A stretch of DNA of 64,000 nt from an uncultured Pseudobdellovibrionaceae bacterium (GTDB lineage Bacteria; Bdellovibrionota; Bdellovibrionia; Bdellovibrionales; UBA1609), in assembly GCA_964389375.1 (NCBI GenBank), contig CAYMDP010000010.1, forward strand, positions 9,849 to 73,848. The letters are read 5' to 3'. The first letter of the stretch is position 1; every line of letters starts with the position of its first letter. The translations under genes and the position numbers were made by a program. The notes under the pieces were generated by a model. It saw only the letters and a list, made by a program, of their open reading frames with translations, ran no database searches and was not told where the DNA came from. This document shows, piece by piece, positions 1 through 8,532 of the stretch.

Positions 1-1521
1 AGGCATAAATTGACATGCGATTTCACAAAGTCCTGCGTCTCCAAGAGGGCATTCGCCGCCGCCACCTGGAGGTTGTCCTGGCTCTCCAGGTTGTCCGCCA
101 CCAGAAGAGGCGCCAACATGAAAATCAAGACTTGATACAGTCTTTCCAGAAGAATCCGTTGCGGTCACTTTTGCACTTCCGTCAGCAACAGCAGTCAAGA
201 TACCATCGTTTCCGACAGTCAAAACAGCTGGGTTGCTAGAGGCATAAGTCACACTTCCAGTTGCATTCATCACGCTTAAATTGATGCTTCCACCTTTTGC
301 AATTGTCGCGGCCGATGGCACCATCCACATATTTTTGTTCAATAAGTGGTCAACAGCATTAAATGCATCCACGCGGCAGTTACAAGCCACTTCAATGCTG
401 GTTTTTGCACCAGTTGTTTGAAGAAGAGCTCGGATCTGTGCACCTGTAAGGCTTGGGTCTTGAGATTTCAAGAATCCTACAAGGCCCGCAACAAGTGGAG
501 TCGCCATAGACGTTCCAGAAAGATTGCCGTAGCGATCATTTGGAAGAGTCGAAACAATGTTTTCTCCAGGAGCTGCAACGTGAACATTAGCTCGACCGTA
601 GTTTGACCAATTTGGTTTTGAGTCATTTGAATTTGATGCAGCAACTGAAATCATATTTGGCGTGTTAGCATTCGTCGGAAAATAATCATTTGTATCATTA
701 TTTTTTCCATCGTTTGCAGCAGCAGCAACGAAGATGATTCCCGCTTTATCAGCTCTCTCGACGGCCTCGATCACAGCTTTGGCATTGGCTTTAGAGACGC
801 CAGCACCCCAGCTTGCTGAGATCACGTCGACACCTTTTTCGATGGCGTAATCAATAGACTTAACACCGCCGTCAAGACTTCCTGATCCATCTTTTCCAAG
901 AAAGCGAATCGGCATGATCGAGATATTTGGAGCAAGTCCTGAGATCCCGCCATCAACAAGACCCGTCGCTCCAACACTTCCTGCCACGTGAGTGCCGTGA
1001 CCTGGATTTTGTCCGCTGGTTTCATCCATCGGATCAGAATCGTTGTCTCTAAAGTCAAATCCCGGAATCATATTTGGAGCCAAATTCTTGTGACGGTAAT
1101 CAACACCAGTGTCGATGACAGCGATCACAATATTTTTGTTTCCTTTGTTTCCAGCGCGTTCCCAAGCTTTATTGGCTTGAACCTTATTGTTGGCCCATTG
1201 GTCTTTAAGTGCTTGAGCATCAAATGTTGCAGAATATTTTTTTAGTTCAATATTCGGCGTAACCCATTCAATGTTCGGATTGTTCTTAAGATTCATCAAA
1301 GTGCTTAACTTCTGAGACGAATTTAAATCAACAAGGACATAACTTCCTGGAGCGTGAGTGCTAAGCACCTTCATTCCATTCGATTGAATACTTGCCATTT
1401 GGTGTATTTGATTAAAGGCCGCCTGGTTTTTATACTTCACCAGATACTCAGCCGCATTCCCTGCAGATCCAGCAATTACTAGGACCAATCCCGCAATAGC
1501 TGACAAAAACTTGTGTTTCAT
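1..1521 (-). CDS. Secreted subtilisin-family (S8) serine protease; its C-terminal end runs off the window start
   Basis: Absent from the ORF track because there is no stop in the window. Reverse-complement reading from ATG 1521..1519 stays open to base 1 (507 codons). It starts MKHKFLSAIAGLVLVIAGSAGNA (signal peptide). Catalytic triad motifs are VIDTGVD (Asp), HGTHVAG (His) and GTSMATP (Ser). A Big_2-like stretch follows (VTYASSNPAVLTVGNDGILTAVADGSAKVTA), then a Gly/Pro linker. Confidence 0.9.
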   Translation of the reverse strand, partial: MKHKFLSAIAGLVLVIAGSAGNAAEYLVKYKNQAAFNQIHQMASIQSNGMKVLSTHAPGSYVLVDLNSSQKLSTLMNLKNNPNIEWVTPNIELKKYSATFDAQALKDQWANNKVQANKAWERAGNKGNKNIVIAVIDTGVDYRHKNLAPNMIPGFDFRDNDSDPMDETSGQNPGHGTHVAGSVGATGLVDGGISGLAPNISIMPIRFLGKDGSGSLDGGVKSIDYAIEKGVDVISASWGAGVSKANAKAVIEAVERADKAGIIFVAAAANDGKNNDTNDYFPTNANTPNMISVAASNSNDSKPNWSNYGRANVHVAAPGENIVSTLPNDRYGNLSGTSMATPLVAGLVGFLKSQDPSLTGAQIRALLQTTGAKTSIEVACNCRVDAFNAVDHLLNKNMWMVPSAATIAKGGSINLSVMNATGSVTYASSNPAVLTVGNDGILTAVADGSAKVTATDSSGKTVSSLDFHVGASSGGGQPGEPGQPPGGGGECPLGDAGLCEIACQFMP

Positions 1522-1634
1522 TTACCCCTCCTTAGGTACAGTCATGAAAAATCCTAAGCCACATTGTCTTTTTTACAAAATTTAATTTCTGATGACGCAT
1601 CAGGGCTTAAGGCTAGGGACTCAAGCGCACCGCA

Positions 1635-2759
1635 TTAAGAATTGGATATGATTTGGAATATTTTGTTTTCCTGGACCTTTTGATCAAAGTTTTTAAGCAC
1701 TCTTTGCCGTGCATTCTGCCCAAGAGACTTCGCAAGAGCTGGCTCGTTCATCACCTGTAGACAGGTCTTTGTTAAGGCTTCGATGTCTTTTGGAGGAACT
1801 AAAAGCCCGGATGTTTCGTCTAAAAGTTCGGGGCTGCCGCCTGCGTCTGTCAGAATCACGGGGCGCTCGGAAGCCATAGCCTCAAGGCTGATCAAACCAA
1901 AAGCTTCTTCGTAAGATGGAAGAACAAATAGATCTAGCGAGGCGAGAATTTTCGGGACATCTAGGCGGTGGCCTAAAAACTGAACATGCTTTTCGAGGTG
2001 ATGTTCTTTTACGAACTCTTCAAGGATGGCTTGATAGCCAATTTCGCCGGCGGTTTCAGTTCCGACAAAGACTAATTTTGTTTTCGGTTTAGTTTTAAGA
2101 ATGTCGACAAGTGCCTGCAATACTTCGAGTTGTCCTTTTTTAGGATCCAGTCGACCCACAACGCCAATTAAAAAATCAAATGCTTTGTCTTTTAGTAAGG
2201 AATCCCGAAAATTTTCGTCGCGATTGCTTGGGTGAAACTTAGCGGTGTCGACTCCATGGGGAATCCGAAGATACTGATCTCCACGCAAGGGGAGGCAGTT
2301 TTTTAGTCCCAGTTCTTGTGCTTGATTCAGTGTGATCAGTTTTTCAAGGCGCCCATAAAGTTTTTGGTGAAAAAAATCTTTTTTATTCACATTGCTTAAA
2401 AACATATGGGCCATCCCAAATACTTTAATTTCTGGAAGGCCTATGAGGGCGGGATACAAAACCCACAGGTCTTTAAGGTGGTGGACCAAGATGCGCTCGA
2501 CCTTAAGCTCTTTTAAGGCCGCTCTTAATTTTAAAGAAGAACTGGGGGCAAGATAGCCGCTTTTAGGGATTGGCACTAAATCTAACTTAGCTTTTAGGAC
2601 TTCTGCCGCCAAAGGTGAGTCCTTAGGGCAAATGCAGCCCGAACTCCAGCCATGGCTAGCAAAAAGCTGAGCCTGCTTTAATGCAATCATCTCTAGTCCA
2701 CCCCAGGACTTGGTCAAACACATTTGCAGAATGGATCTTTGCTGAGTTTCGGATTTCAT
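1635..2759 (-). CDS. Glycosyltransferase, GT4/GT1-fold family
   Basis: 374-aa ORF. The C-terminal half has the typical GT4 signature GRLDPKKG ... EAFGLISLEAMASERPVILTDAGGSPELL. Confidence 0.8.
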   Translation of the reverse strand: MKSETQQRSILQMCLTKSWGGLEMIALKQAQLFASHGWSSGCICPKDSPLAAEVLKAKLDLVPIPKSGYLAPSSSLKLRAALKELKVERILVHHLKDLWVLYPALIGLPEIKVFGMAHMFLSNVNKKDFFHQKLYGRLEKLITLNQAQELGLKNCLPLRGDQYLRIPHGVDTAKFHPSNRDENFRDSLLKDKAFDFLIGVVGRLDPKKGQLEVLQALVDILKTKPKTKLVFVGTETAGEIGYQAILEEFVKEHHLEKHVQFLGHRLDVPKILASLDLFVLPSYEEAFGLISLEAMASERPVILTDAGGSPELLDETSGLLVPPKDIEALTKTCLQVMNEPALAKSLGQNARQRVLKNFDQKVQENKIFQIISNS

Positions 2760-3409
2760 TTAAAGAAGAGTCTAAGTCGCAGTGGTTGGAGATTCAATCT
2801 ATTTGGAGATATTCAAAATGACTCTAGGTCGCTGGCTTATGACCGCGATTTCGAACATCTTTGCCTTTTGTTTCGAGGCTTTATTTATAGATAGATCTTC
2901 ACGACGCCATAAAAAGTGCGTCTCCGGTCCCGTCATTAAGATGGCTAGGAGATTTCAAAATATACTGAATCTTCATCGAAGGAAATAGCCTTATCTATTT
3001 AGGTGTAAGACAGGTTTTGCGAAAAGTGGAGATTGCTCTAAGGAAGGGGATTAGCGTGTTTTCATATGCGAATAGCTGAATTTCATTTTTAATCGAAGGA
3101 CGACTTAATTCGATCTTTTGAGAGCGGAGGGAACTTAAGGGAGTTTTTGTGTGCTTTGAGATGTTGGCAAATGGCTTGGCCCTGTGTTTGGATTTTGAGT
3201 TCAATCGATGGATAGCCTAATATAGATGACCTTATATGGTCTCGGCAAGTAACGGAAACAGCGAACAAGCGGGCTCAAAGATTTGGGCTTTCAGTCAGTT
3301 TAATGACTGGGTTCGAGTCATTTTGGCGATGAGTGATTTCGGATTTTGCAGAGTGAGCTTCGCGGCTAGATGACAAATCAATATGGTCCTGTGGTGGGGC
3401 CGTGTGATC

Positions 3410-4033
3410 CTAAGGAAGAGTTTCAGTGCTTTTTGGAATATTCACAAACAAACTGGCCCAATGATTCGGGCTTTGAGTCAGATCAAGAGCGGATTTTAGC
3501 CAATCTTGGTGAAGGCTAGGGTCAATTTTATAGCAAGATGCATAAGGCAAATCATCACTGTTGCTTAGGTTCGTCGCCCAACAAGAGGGGTGACCATCAC
3601 GGTCTAATTTTTCAAGGATTCGATTAAAGCTCGAGATACTTAGGGCTTTTAGGTCTCCCTTAAAGTAAGTCTTTAGGTCCTCAGGAAAGGCAAATAATAG
3701 GACTTCTCTTTGAGTGGCATCGCTAAATTTTTCTTCATAGAATTCTAATATTCCAAACTTGGCCGAAATCAGCGTAAAGCTTTTTGCAGGGTAGGATCGT
3801 TTAGGGAAGCAATAATTTTGAATCAAAACAAAGTCAGCTCCGCGATATAGACAGCTCTCTGTCGAAACATAGCCACGTACTTTGCCTTTTTCGATGTACT
3901 CAAGGACTCCTTCCTGAAGTGAGTTCATGATTTCATCAATCGAGGGGGCACTCCGAGCGAAACTAGAATTAGAAAAGGTCAAAAGACTGAATAAAAGAAT
4001 CGATTTTTTGAAGAGCATCGCAAGTTGAGTCAT
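3410..4033 (-). CDS. Hypothetical secreted protein
   Basis: 207-aa ORF with an N-terminal signal-like peptide (LFKKSILLFSLLTFSNSSFA) and several Cys residues. No recognisable catalytic motif. Confidence 0.5.
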   Translation of the reverse strand: MTQLAMLFKKSILLFSLLTFSNSSFARSAPSIDEIMNSLQEGVLEYIEKGKVRGYVSTESCLYRGADFVLIQNYCFPKRSYPAKSFTLISAKFGILEFYEEKFSDATQREVLLFAFPEDLKTYFKGDLKALSISSFNRILEKLDRDGHPSCWATNLSNSDDLPYASCYKIDPSLHQDWLKSALDLTQSPNHWASLFVNIPKSTETLP

Positions 4034-4252
4034 CTGCTATAAAGAATAGCAGTCTATTTCAAGAATCACTTAAAAATTTACGAAGAGTTCGGCGAAGGTC
4101 GAGTCGAATTCTGCCTGGGACCGGCATTAGGTCTATGATCTACAGCCCCAGGTAAATGGGACGCAGTTGCTAGTTCCCATGAACTTGGGCCATTCTTTCT
4201 CAAGCTAGAATCGCCTCTGCATGATACGAACTCCATAAGTTCTAGTTGGGAA

Positions 4253-5512
4253 TCATTTATTTAAGTAAGAGTCCATATGGGTTTGTCCAAATGCCCGAAT
4301 CGCTGATCGATGGTTGCAGGACCTGCAAAGGACTCGAAGATTAGACACTTCCGAAGATCCCCCCAAGGCCTGCGGTTGATGGTGGTCAATTTCTAGTGCA
4401 TAGGTTGATTGGCAATTTTGACAACGTCCATTGGCGACTTTAAAAAGCATTCTTCGAACAGATTCACTTGGGCGTTTCGGAATAGCCCGGGTAGTTTTTC
4501 TTAAATTCTGACTCTGAATTGATGTTATGTCGCAATGTTTCTTGGACGTCGCGGGTTGCATCGCATTACGGGTCGATTTCATTTTTGCAATGCCGGTCGT
4601 GTCTCTACCCTTAATGCTCTTTGTATTGGCACTGACATCTACGCTTGTATCAGTATCAGTATTCGCTTCGGCACCTGTCTCGTTGCCGACATCGGCAAGA
4701 AAATTTGATCCAGAATGTGTAATATTGTGTCCCCAAATACTTGAGTCGTAAGTCGTCGGAGCATTTAAATTTGCTTCGGTATCGGTATTTAATTTTGCCC
4801 AAGCACTAGCCCCACAGTCGGAAATAGGTTTGGCATTCAAAACTCGATTTTTTGAAATTTTCTTTTGAATTCGACCTTTCGAGGTCGAAGCCGGATCATA
4901 CTCTTCAATCCCCAAGTCACACAACTTATCAAATAGTTCTCCCGAGCTAATCCCTGGATATTTATGGGCCAAAAAACCTTTAAGCTTTTCGATTTTTCCT
5001 TCCAAGCGAGTGGGGGCCTGAAGTTTCATCTCAATTAAGTCTTGAGATACTGCCCGTACTCGATCCTGTCGATGTTGGGCTGGCGAAGAGGAAAAGGAAA
5101 GAGTGATTCGTTCGGCCTCGCGAATTGGCTTTTTGGCAATCTGATCAAAGATTTCAATTTTCTCAGAATTTGAAAAAGGCTTTTTGCTAAATTTCTCTTC
5201 TTGCTTAAAGAAATTCTGCGCAAGACTAATATGGCTTAATGAAAGCGAGCCCTCATTCATTTTCTCTTCAATTTCGGGCAACTGAACTAGTAGTCGCATC
5301 GCGGAAATGCGGCGGTAAGCCTGATCCTCACTATAGCCAAGCTTTCGAACCGCAAAATCAAAAAGAGACTTGTACCCCAGTGAAGAAAAAAGACGACGTC
5401 TTTGAATCTCTTCAAGATGTCGAAGTATTCGAGTTAAAAGCTCACGTTCTTCGCGAGCCAGTTTTTCAGTGCTAAGAATCAGTTGGCTGTCATCGATTCG
5501 CTTTAAGTTCAT
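4253..5512 (-). CDS. HNH endonuclease domain protein (DUF222-like N-terminal region, low-complexity linker, C-terminal HNH)
   Basis: 419-aa ORF. C-terminal HNH motif CQNCQSTYALEIDHHQPQALGGSSEVSNLRVLCRSCNHR. The N-terminus (LGYKSLFDFAVRKLGYSEDQAYRRISAMRL) resembles the DUF222/13E12-type HNH family. The T/D/N/S-rich linker contains repeated EANTDT units. Confidence 0.8.
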   Translation of the reverse strand: MNLKRIDDSQLILSTEKLAREERELLTRILRHLEEIQRRRLFSSLGYKSLFDFAVRKLGYSEDQAYRRISAMRLLVQLPEIEEKMNEGSLSLSHISLAQNFFKQEEKFSKKPFSNSEKIEIFDQIAKKPIREAERITLSFSSSPAQHRQDRVRAVSQDLIEMKLQAPTRLEGKIEKLKGFLAHKYPGISSGELFDKLCDLGIEEYDPASTSKGRIQKKISKNRVLNAKPISDCGASAWAKLNTDTEANLNAPTTYDSSIWGHNITHSGSNFLADVGNETGAEANTDTDTSVDVSANTKSIKGRDTTGIAKMKSTRNAMQPATSKKHCDITSIQSQNLRKTTRAIPKRPSESVRRMLFKVANGRCQNCQSTYALEIDHHQPQALGGSSEVSNLRVLCRSCNHRSAIRAFGQTHMDSYLNK

Positions 5513-6234
5513 AGAATTTTCTCCTATTAAATCTGGATCCCGATCTCGACAAGCAACTTACCACGAATACAAAAATGAAATAAATCGATTCACGATCGAT
5601 CAGATTGAACAAGAAAATAAAATCCTCGAGGGGTCATGCAAAGCTCGGCGGATCTCTTTAGTGACAAGAATACGCGCAACAAAGGCCGTCCCTTTAAGGG
5701 TTCCGGATGATAGATTGCATGGGCAAAAGTTGACGAAATAGCTGTCAAATAAATTCCTCCAAAATATTTAGAGAAATGCGGATTTCCAATTACTGAGATA
5801 TTCAGGGGATCCTATTTCCAGTAGTTGGGAGTTTTTAAATAAATCTTTTATGAAGTTGTACTGGATCAGCAATTTTGAGGGGACAGTTCTTCATTTTTAA
5901 ATTGGCCAGAAGGATCTTTTTAGTTGGACTCCTTAGGACTTTAAGGTCTTTTCGTCTTTTCGGATATTCATGAGGTAAAAGTCGTGCGGACTATCGCCAG
6001 ACTGAACTATTAATTTGCTGATGTATCTTGATCAGCTGAACGCAGTAGGGGGGCAGTTGGCTAGAAAAACTCTCCTCTTATATAAATTCAGATCCCAAGA
6101 TTCCCTAGTTTTGCACAATTGGCCGAAATCTGAGATTTAAGGGGCTACCAGTGCCTGATAGATTCGAGCCGTGGTAGAAAACGGCAAGGGTTCAGTTGTC
6201 ACTTGGGTCTGACTCAGACATATCATTCTTCTCA

Positions 6235-6263
6235 TTGCAAAAAAATCTTCTACCCAATAAATT
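6235..6263 (+). promoter_or_regulatory. Candidate sigma70-type promoter for the 6284 gene
   Basis: TTGCAA (6235-6240), 17-nt spacer, TAAATT (6258-6263). A GAGAGAGG Shine-Dalgarno-like run precedes ATG 6284. Motif match only. Confidence 0.3.
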
Positions 6264-6283
6264 CAGTTTAATGAGAGAGGCTT

Positions 6284-7036
6284 ATGAAAAACATCTATTT
6301 TGATCACACTTTTAATGTTGATAAAGGTCATCAATTCTTTAAGCAACTTGGCAAGATGGGTTTTGCCTTAGAAAAGCAAATTGTAGAGCACCCTGGAAAG
6401 GCCTTTTGTCGTTTCATTAAGCTTAATTCAGCTAGTTCTAGAAGAGTGAGCTATTTAGAATTTGTCGACGTAAGAGATCCAAAATCAACACGCAGATACC
6501 CAGGCCTATCATTCGGCTATAACAAAAATCTTGAAAGGCTTTTCCATAAAGTTAAGAGCAAACTTAAGTGTAGCTTCGGGCACAAAAATTACGAATGGAA
6601 AAAAGACAGTAAGTCGAGATTGCCGGGTTGGAATTTTTTAACCTTTAAAAATACCGGTATTAAAGGCTATTTTCCTTGGGTCACCGAATATGAGCCGCAT
6701 CCAAAGAGAAAACCGGTACGCAAACCCGGAAAACATAAAAATACAGTTTACAGACTCTTAAAAATTGAATTGGACCTTAATAAAAATGGCATAAGATTTT
6801 ATGAGAGACTTTTTTCTAAAAAGATCGCGGGCCAAATGTTGCTGTCATGTAGAACTGAGCTTAGTTTTAGAAATTCAAAAACCAATTCTTTTAAGCGAGT
6901 TGTTCTCGCCTGCAAGGATCTCCACAAGTTTCGTAGAGTTGCTAAATCTGTTAAAGATATCACTTATGAGGGACAGTCTGCGGCACTGATAGAAAATCCA
7001 TCAACTGGATGGGACATTGTAGTGTTGCAAAGATAA
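6284..7036 (+). CDS. Hypothetical Lys-rich protein, possibly a glyoxalase-like (VOC-fold) domain
   Basis: 250-aa ORF. The N-terminus IYFDHTFNVDKG..GFALEKQIVEHPGKAFCRFIKL..SYLEFVDV, and later PGWNFLTF...FPWVTEYEPH, resemble the glyoxalase-like domain pattern (DH..., G...H.G, YLE). Visibly AT-rich coding sequence. Confidence 0.35.
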   Translation: MKNIYFDHTFNVDKGHQFFKQLGKMGFALEKQIVEHPGKAFCRFIKLNSASSRRVSYLEFVDVRDPKSTRRYPGLSFGYNKNLERLFHKVKSKLKCSFGHKNYEWKKDSKSRLPGWNFLTFKNTGIKGYFPWVTEYEPHPKRKPVRKPGKHKNTVYRLLKIELDLNKNGIRFYERLFSKKIAGQMLLSCRTELSFRNSKTNSFKRVVLACKDLHKFRRVAKSVKDITYEGQSAALIENPSTGWDIVVLQR

Positions 7037-7200
7037 ATCCTGATCTTGGTTAGTGAAGCGAACCCAAGTCTCGCGGATTCTGGCTCGTCCAAGTAGAAAT
7101 CCGTCGTTTTGACGAATACACATGTTGGCGAGTTCCAGGGAGCTGTCTTAGACTGATATTCTTAGGCTAGTACTTCGGCTGCGTCAGATGATTCGCGCGT

Positions 7201-7269
7201 TGTTTTATGCCGCAACGTTTCTGGAACGTCGCGGGTCACATCGCATTACAAGTCATTTTCATATTAACA
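7201..7269 (-). pseudogene. Relic of a second HNH-gene copy (fragment homologous to 4523-4589)
   Basis: Aligned by eye to 4523-4589 inside the HNH CDS with one 2-nt indel and roughly four-fifths identity, including the shared run ACGTCGCGGGT..CATCGCATTAC. No intact ORF surrounds it. Confidence 0.55.
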
Positions 7270-7372
7270 AAAATTGTCTTGGCATACAGCGAGAAGAGAA
7301 TTGCTTAGCTCTTTGTAGCCCAGACTAAATCCATTAGCCACTGCAATGCCTGTGGGGGTGACCGCAGCAAGG

Positions 7373-8290
7373 CTAGCGGTTGCGAATCCCATCAAGATGG
7401 GGCTTCGTGGTTTTATGCCCATGGCGTTTATGGTGTGCACAGTTCTTCGAGCAGGTGAGTTTATCTTCGCCTAATTTTTCGCAGCGATAGCAGATTTTTT
7501 CTTCGCGACCGCACTGCGTGCACTCGATCAGTTCTTTGGCGGGCTGTCCGCAATGGGGGCAAAGGCTGTAGGTCTCGGTGGGCTTTAGCTTTTGGTCGAC
7601 CGCGACCCTGTAGTCGAAAACAAAACATTCTCCGTCGAATTTTTGCTCGGGGCATTTCTCTAAATAATTTAAAATTCCACCATCAAGTTGGTAGACATCT
7701 TTATAGCCCTGCTCTTGCATCTCGTAGATTGCCTTTTCGCAACGAATTCCACCGGTACAATAAATCAGATAGGTTTTGTCTTTAGGTAGATCCGATGTTT
7801 TTAGTTTTTCCGGAAAGTCTCTGAATTCTTCAATCTCAAGATCTTTGGCATTCGAAAACTTGCCAACTTCGACTTCGTAGGTGTTTCGAGTGTCTAATAC
7901 GATCACGTCTTCTTTTTCACTCATGCGGTTCCAATCTTCGGGAGACAGGTGCCGGTAGGTGACTTGGTCAGGAACAATATCTTCCCGGCCAAGAGTGACG
8001 ATTTCTTTTCGGCTCTTAATCTTAAACTCTTCAAAACCACGAATATGCGAGAAAGAATCCTTAAAGTTTAAATCTTCAAATTCAAAAAGAGCCTGAACTT
8101 CTTTTTTAAACGGTTCGACATTCGTAGGAAGGCCCGAAACCGTCGTATTGACCCCTTCGGTCCCGATTAAAAACAAGCCAAAGATATCATGTTTTAAAGC
8201 GATCGCTTCAATCGTCTGAGAAAGTTCAGAAAGCTTTTCTTCAGGGATCGGAAAGAAGCGATAAAATGTACAAAGCTGATAAGAGGCCAT
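7373..8290 (-). CDS. trhO: Rhodanese-domain tRNA uridine(34) hydroxylase (UPF0176/YceA family)
   Basis: 305-aa ORF. It has the UPF0176 N-terminal domain (FYRFFPI...GLFLIGTEGVNTTVSG), a rhodanese active-site loop YCTGGIRCEKA, and a Cys-rich C-terminal tail (CPHCG...CTQCG...CYRC). Confidence 0.8.
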   Translation of the reverse strand: MASYQLCTFYRFFPIPEEKLSELSQTIEAIALKHDIFGLFLIGTEGVNTTVSGLPTNVEPFKKEVQALFEFEDLNFKDSFSHIRGFEEFKIKSRKEIVTLGREDIVPDQVTYRHLSPEDWNRMSEKEDVIVLDTRNTYEVEVGKFSNAKDLEIEEFRDFPEKLKTSDLPKDKTYLIYCTGGIRCEKAIYEMQEQGYKDVYQLDGGILNYLEKCPEQKFDGECFVFDYRVAVDQKLKPTETYSLCPHCGQPAKELIECTQCGREEKICYRCEKLGEDKLTCSKNCAHHKRHGHKTTKPHLDGIRNR

Positions 8291-8387
8291 AGGCCATGGA
8301 GATAGCGCATCCCCTAGTCTTGGTCAACAGAGCTAAGATGGCTTTAGTGCCAACCCATGATATTTCCTCTCAATCAACTTATTATCT

Positions 8388-8506
8388 GAGAAATTCTTCT
8401 ATCTAAATAAGTGTCCGCCGAAGACTAGTTCCGGAGGGGTGCCGAAGGCAGTCCGAGGATGTTCGACGGCTGAGGTGGAGCACTTATTTAGATAGAAAAA
8501 TTTCTC
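8388..8506. repeat. Hairpin element, copy A (short variant) of the conserved-core family
   Basis: Arms 8388-8413 and 8481-8506 are complementary (26 nt, 1 mismatch). The core starts GTG|TCCGCCGAAGACTAGTT and ends GTTCGACGGCTGAGGTGGAG|CAC. It lies between the stop of the 8533 gene and the trhO start. Confidence 0.9.
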
Positions 8507-8532
8507 TGTCAAAATGCGAGGATGCAAAATCT

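Noticed and set aside
2782-3204. Short ORFs 2782..2988 (+) and 2995..3204 (-) in the gap after the GT4 gene
   Set aside because: They have no ribosome-binding site, no motif and an odd composition. I treated them as random ORFs in non-coding or decayed DNA.
3270-3320. tRNA-like fragment (CAGTCAGTTTAATGACTG followed by GGGTTCGAGTCA), possibly an att-site remnant
   Set aside because: The putative T-loop does not fit the GTTCRANYC consensus inside a 5-bp stem, the anticodon loop size is wrong, and there is no acceptor or D arm. The resemblance is too weak to call.
4253-6283. HNH gene plus upstream gap as an IscB/omega-RNA (HEARO)-type RNA-guided nuclease locus
   Set aside because: The protein shows no RuvC-like motifs or PLMP-type N-terminus. 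It has a DUF222-like helical N-terminal region instead. Only the presence of a long upstream non-coding stretch fits, so the idea is kept as a low-weight hypothesis in the findings.
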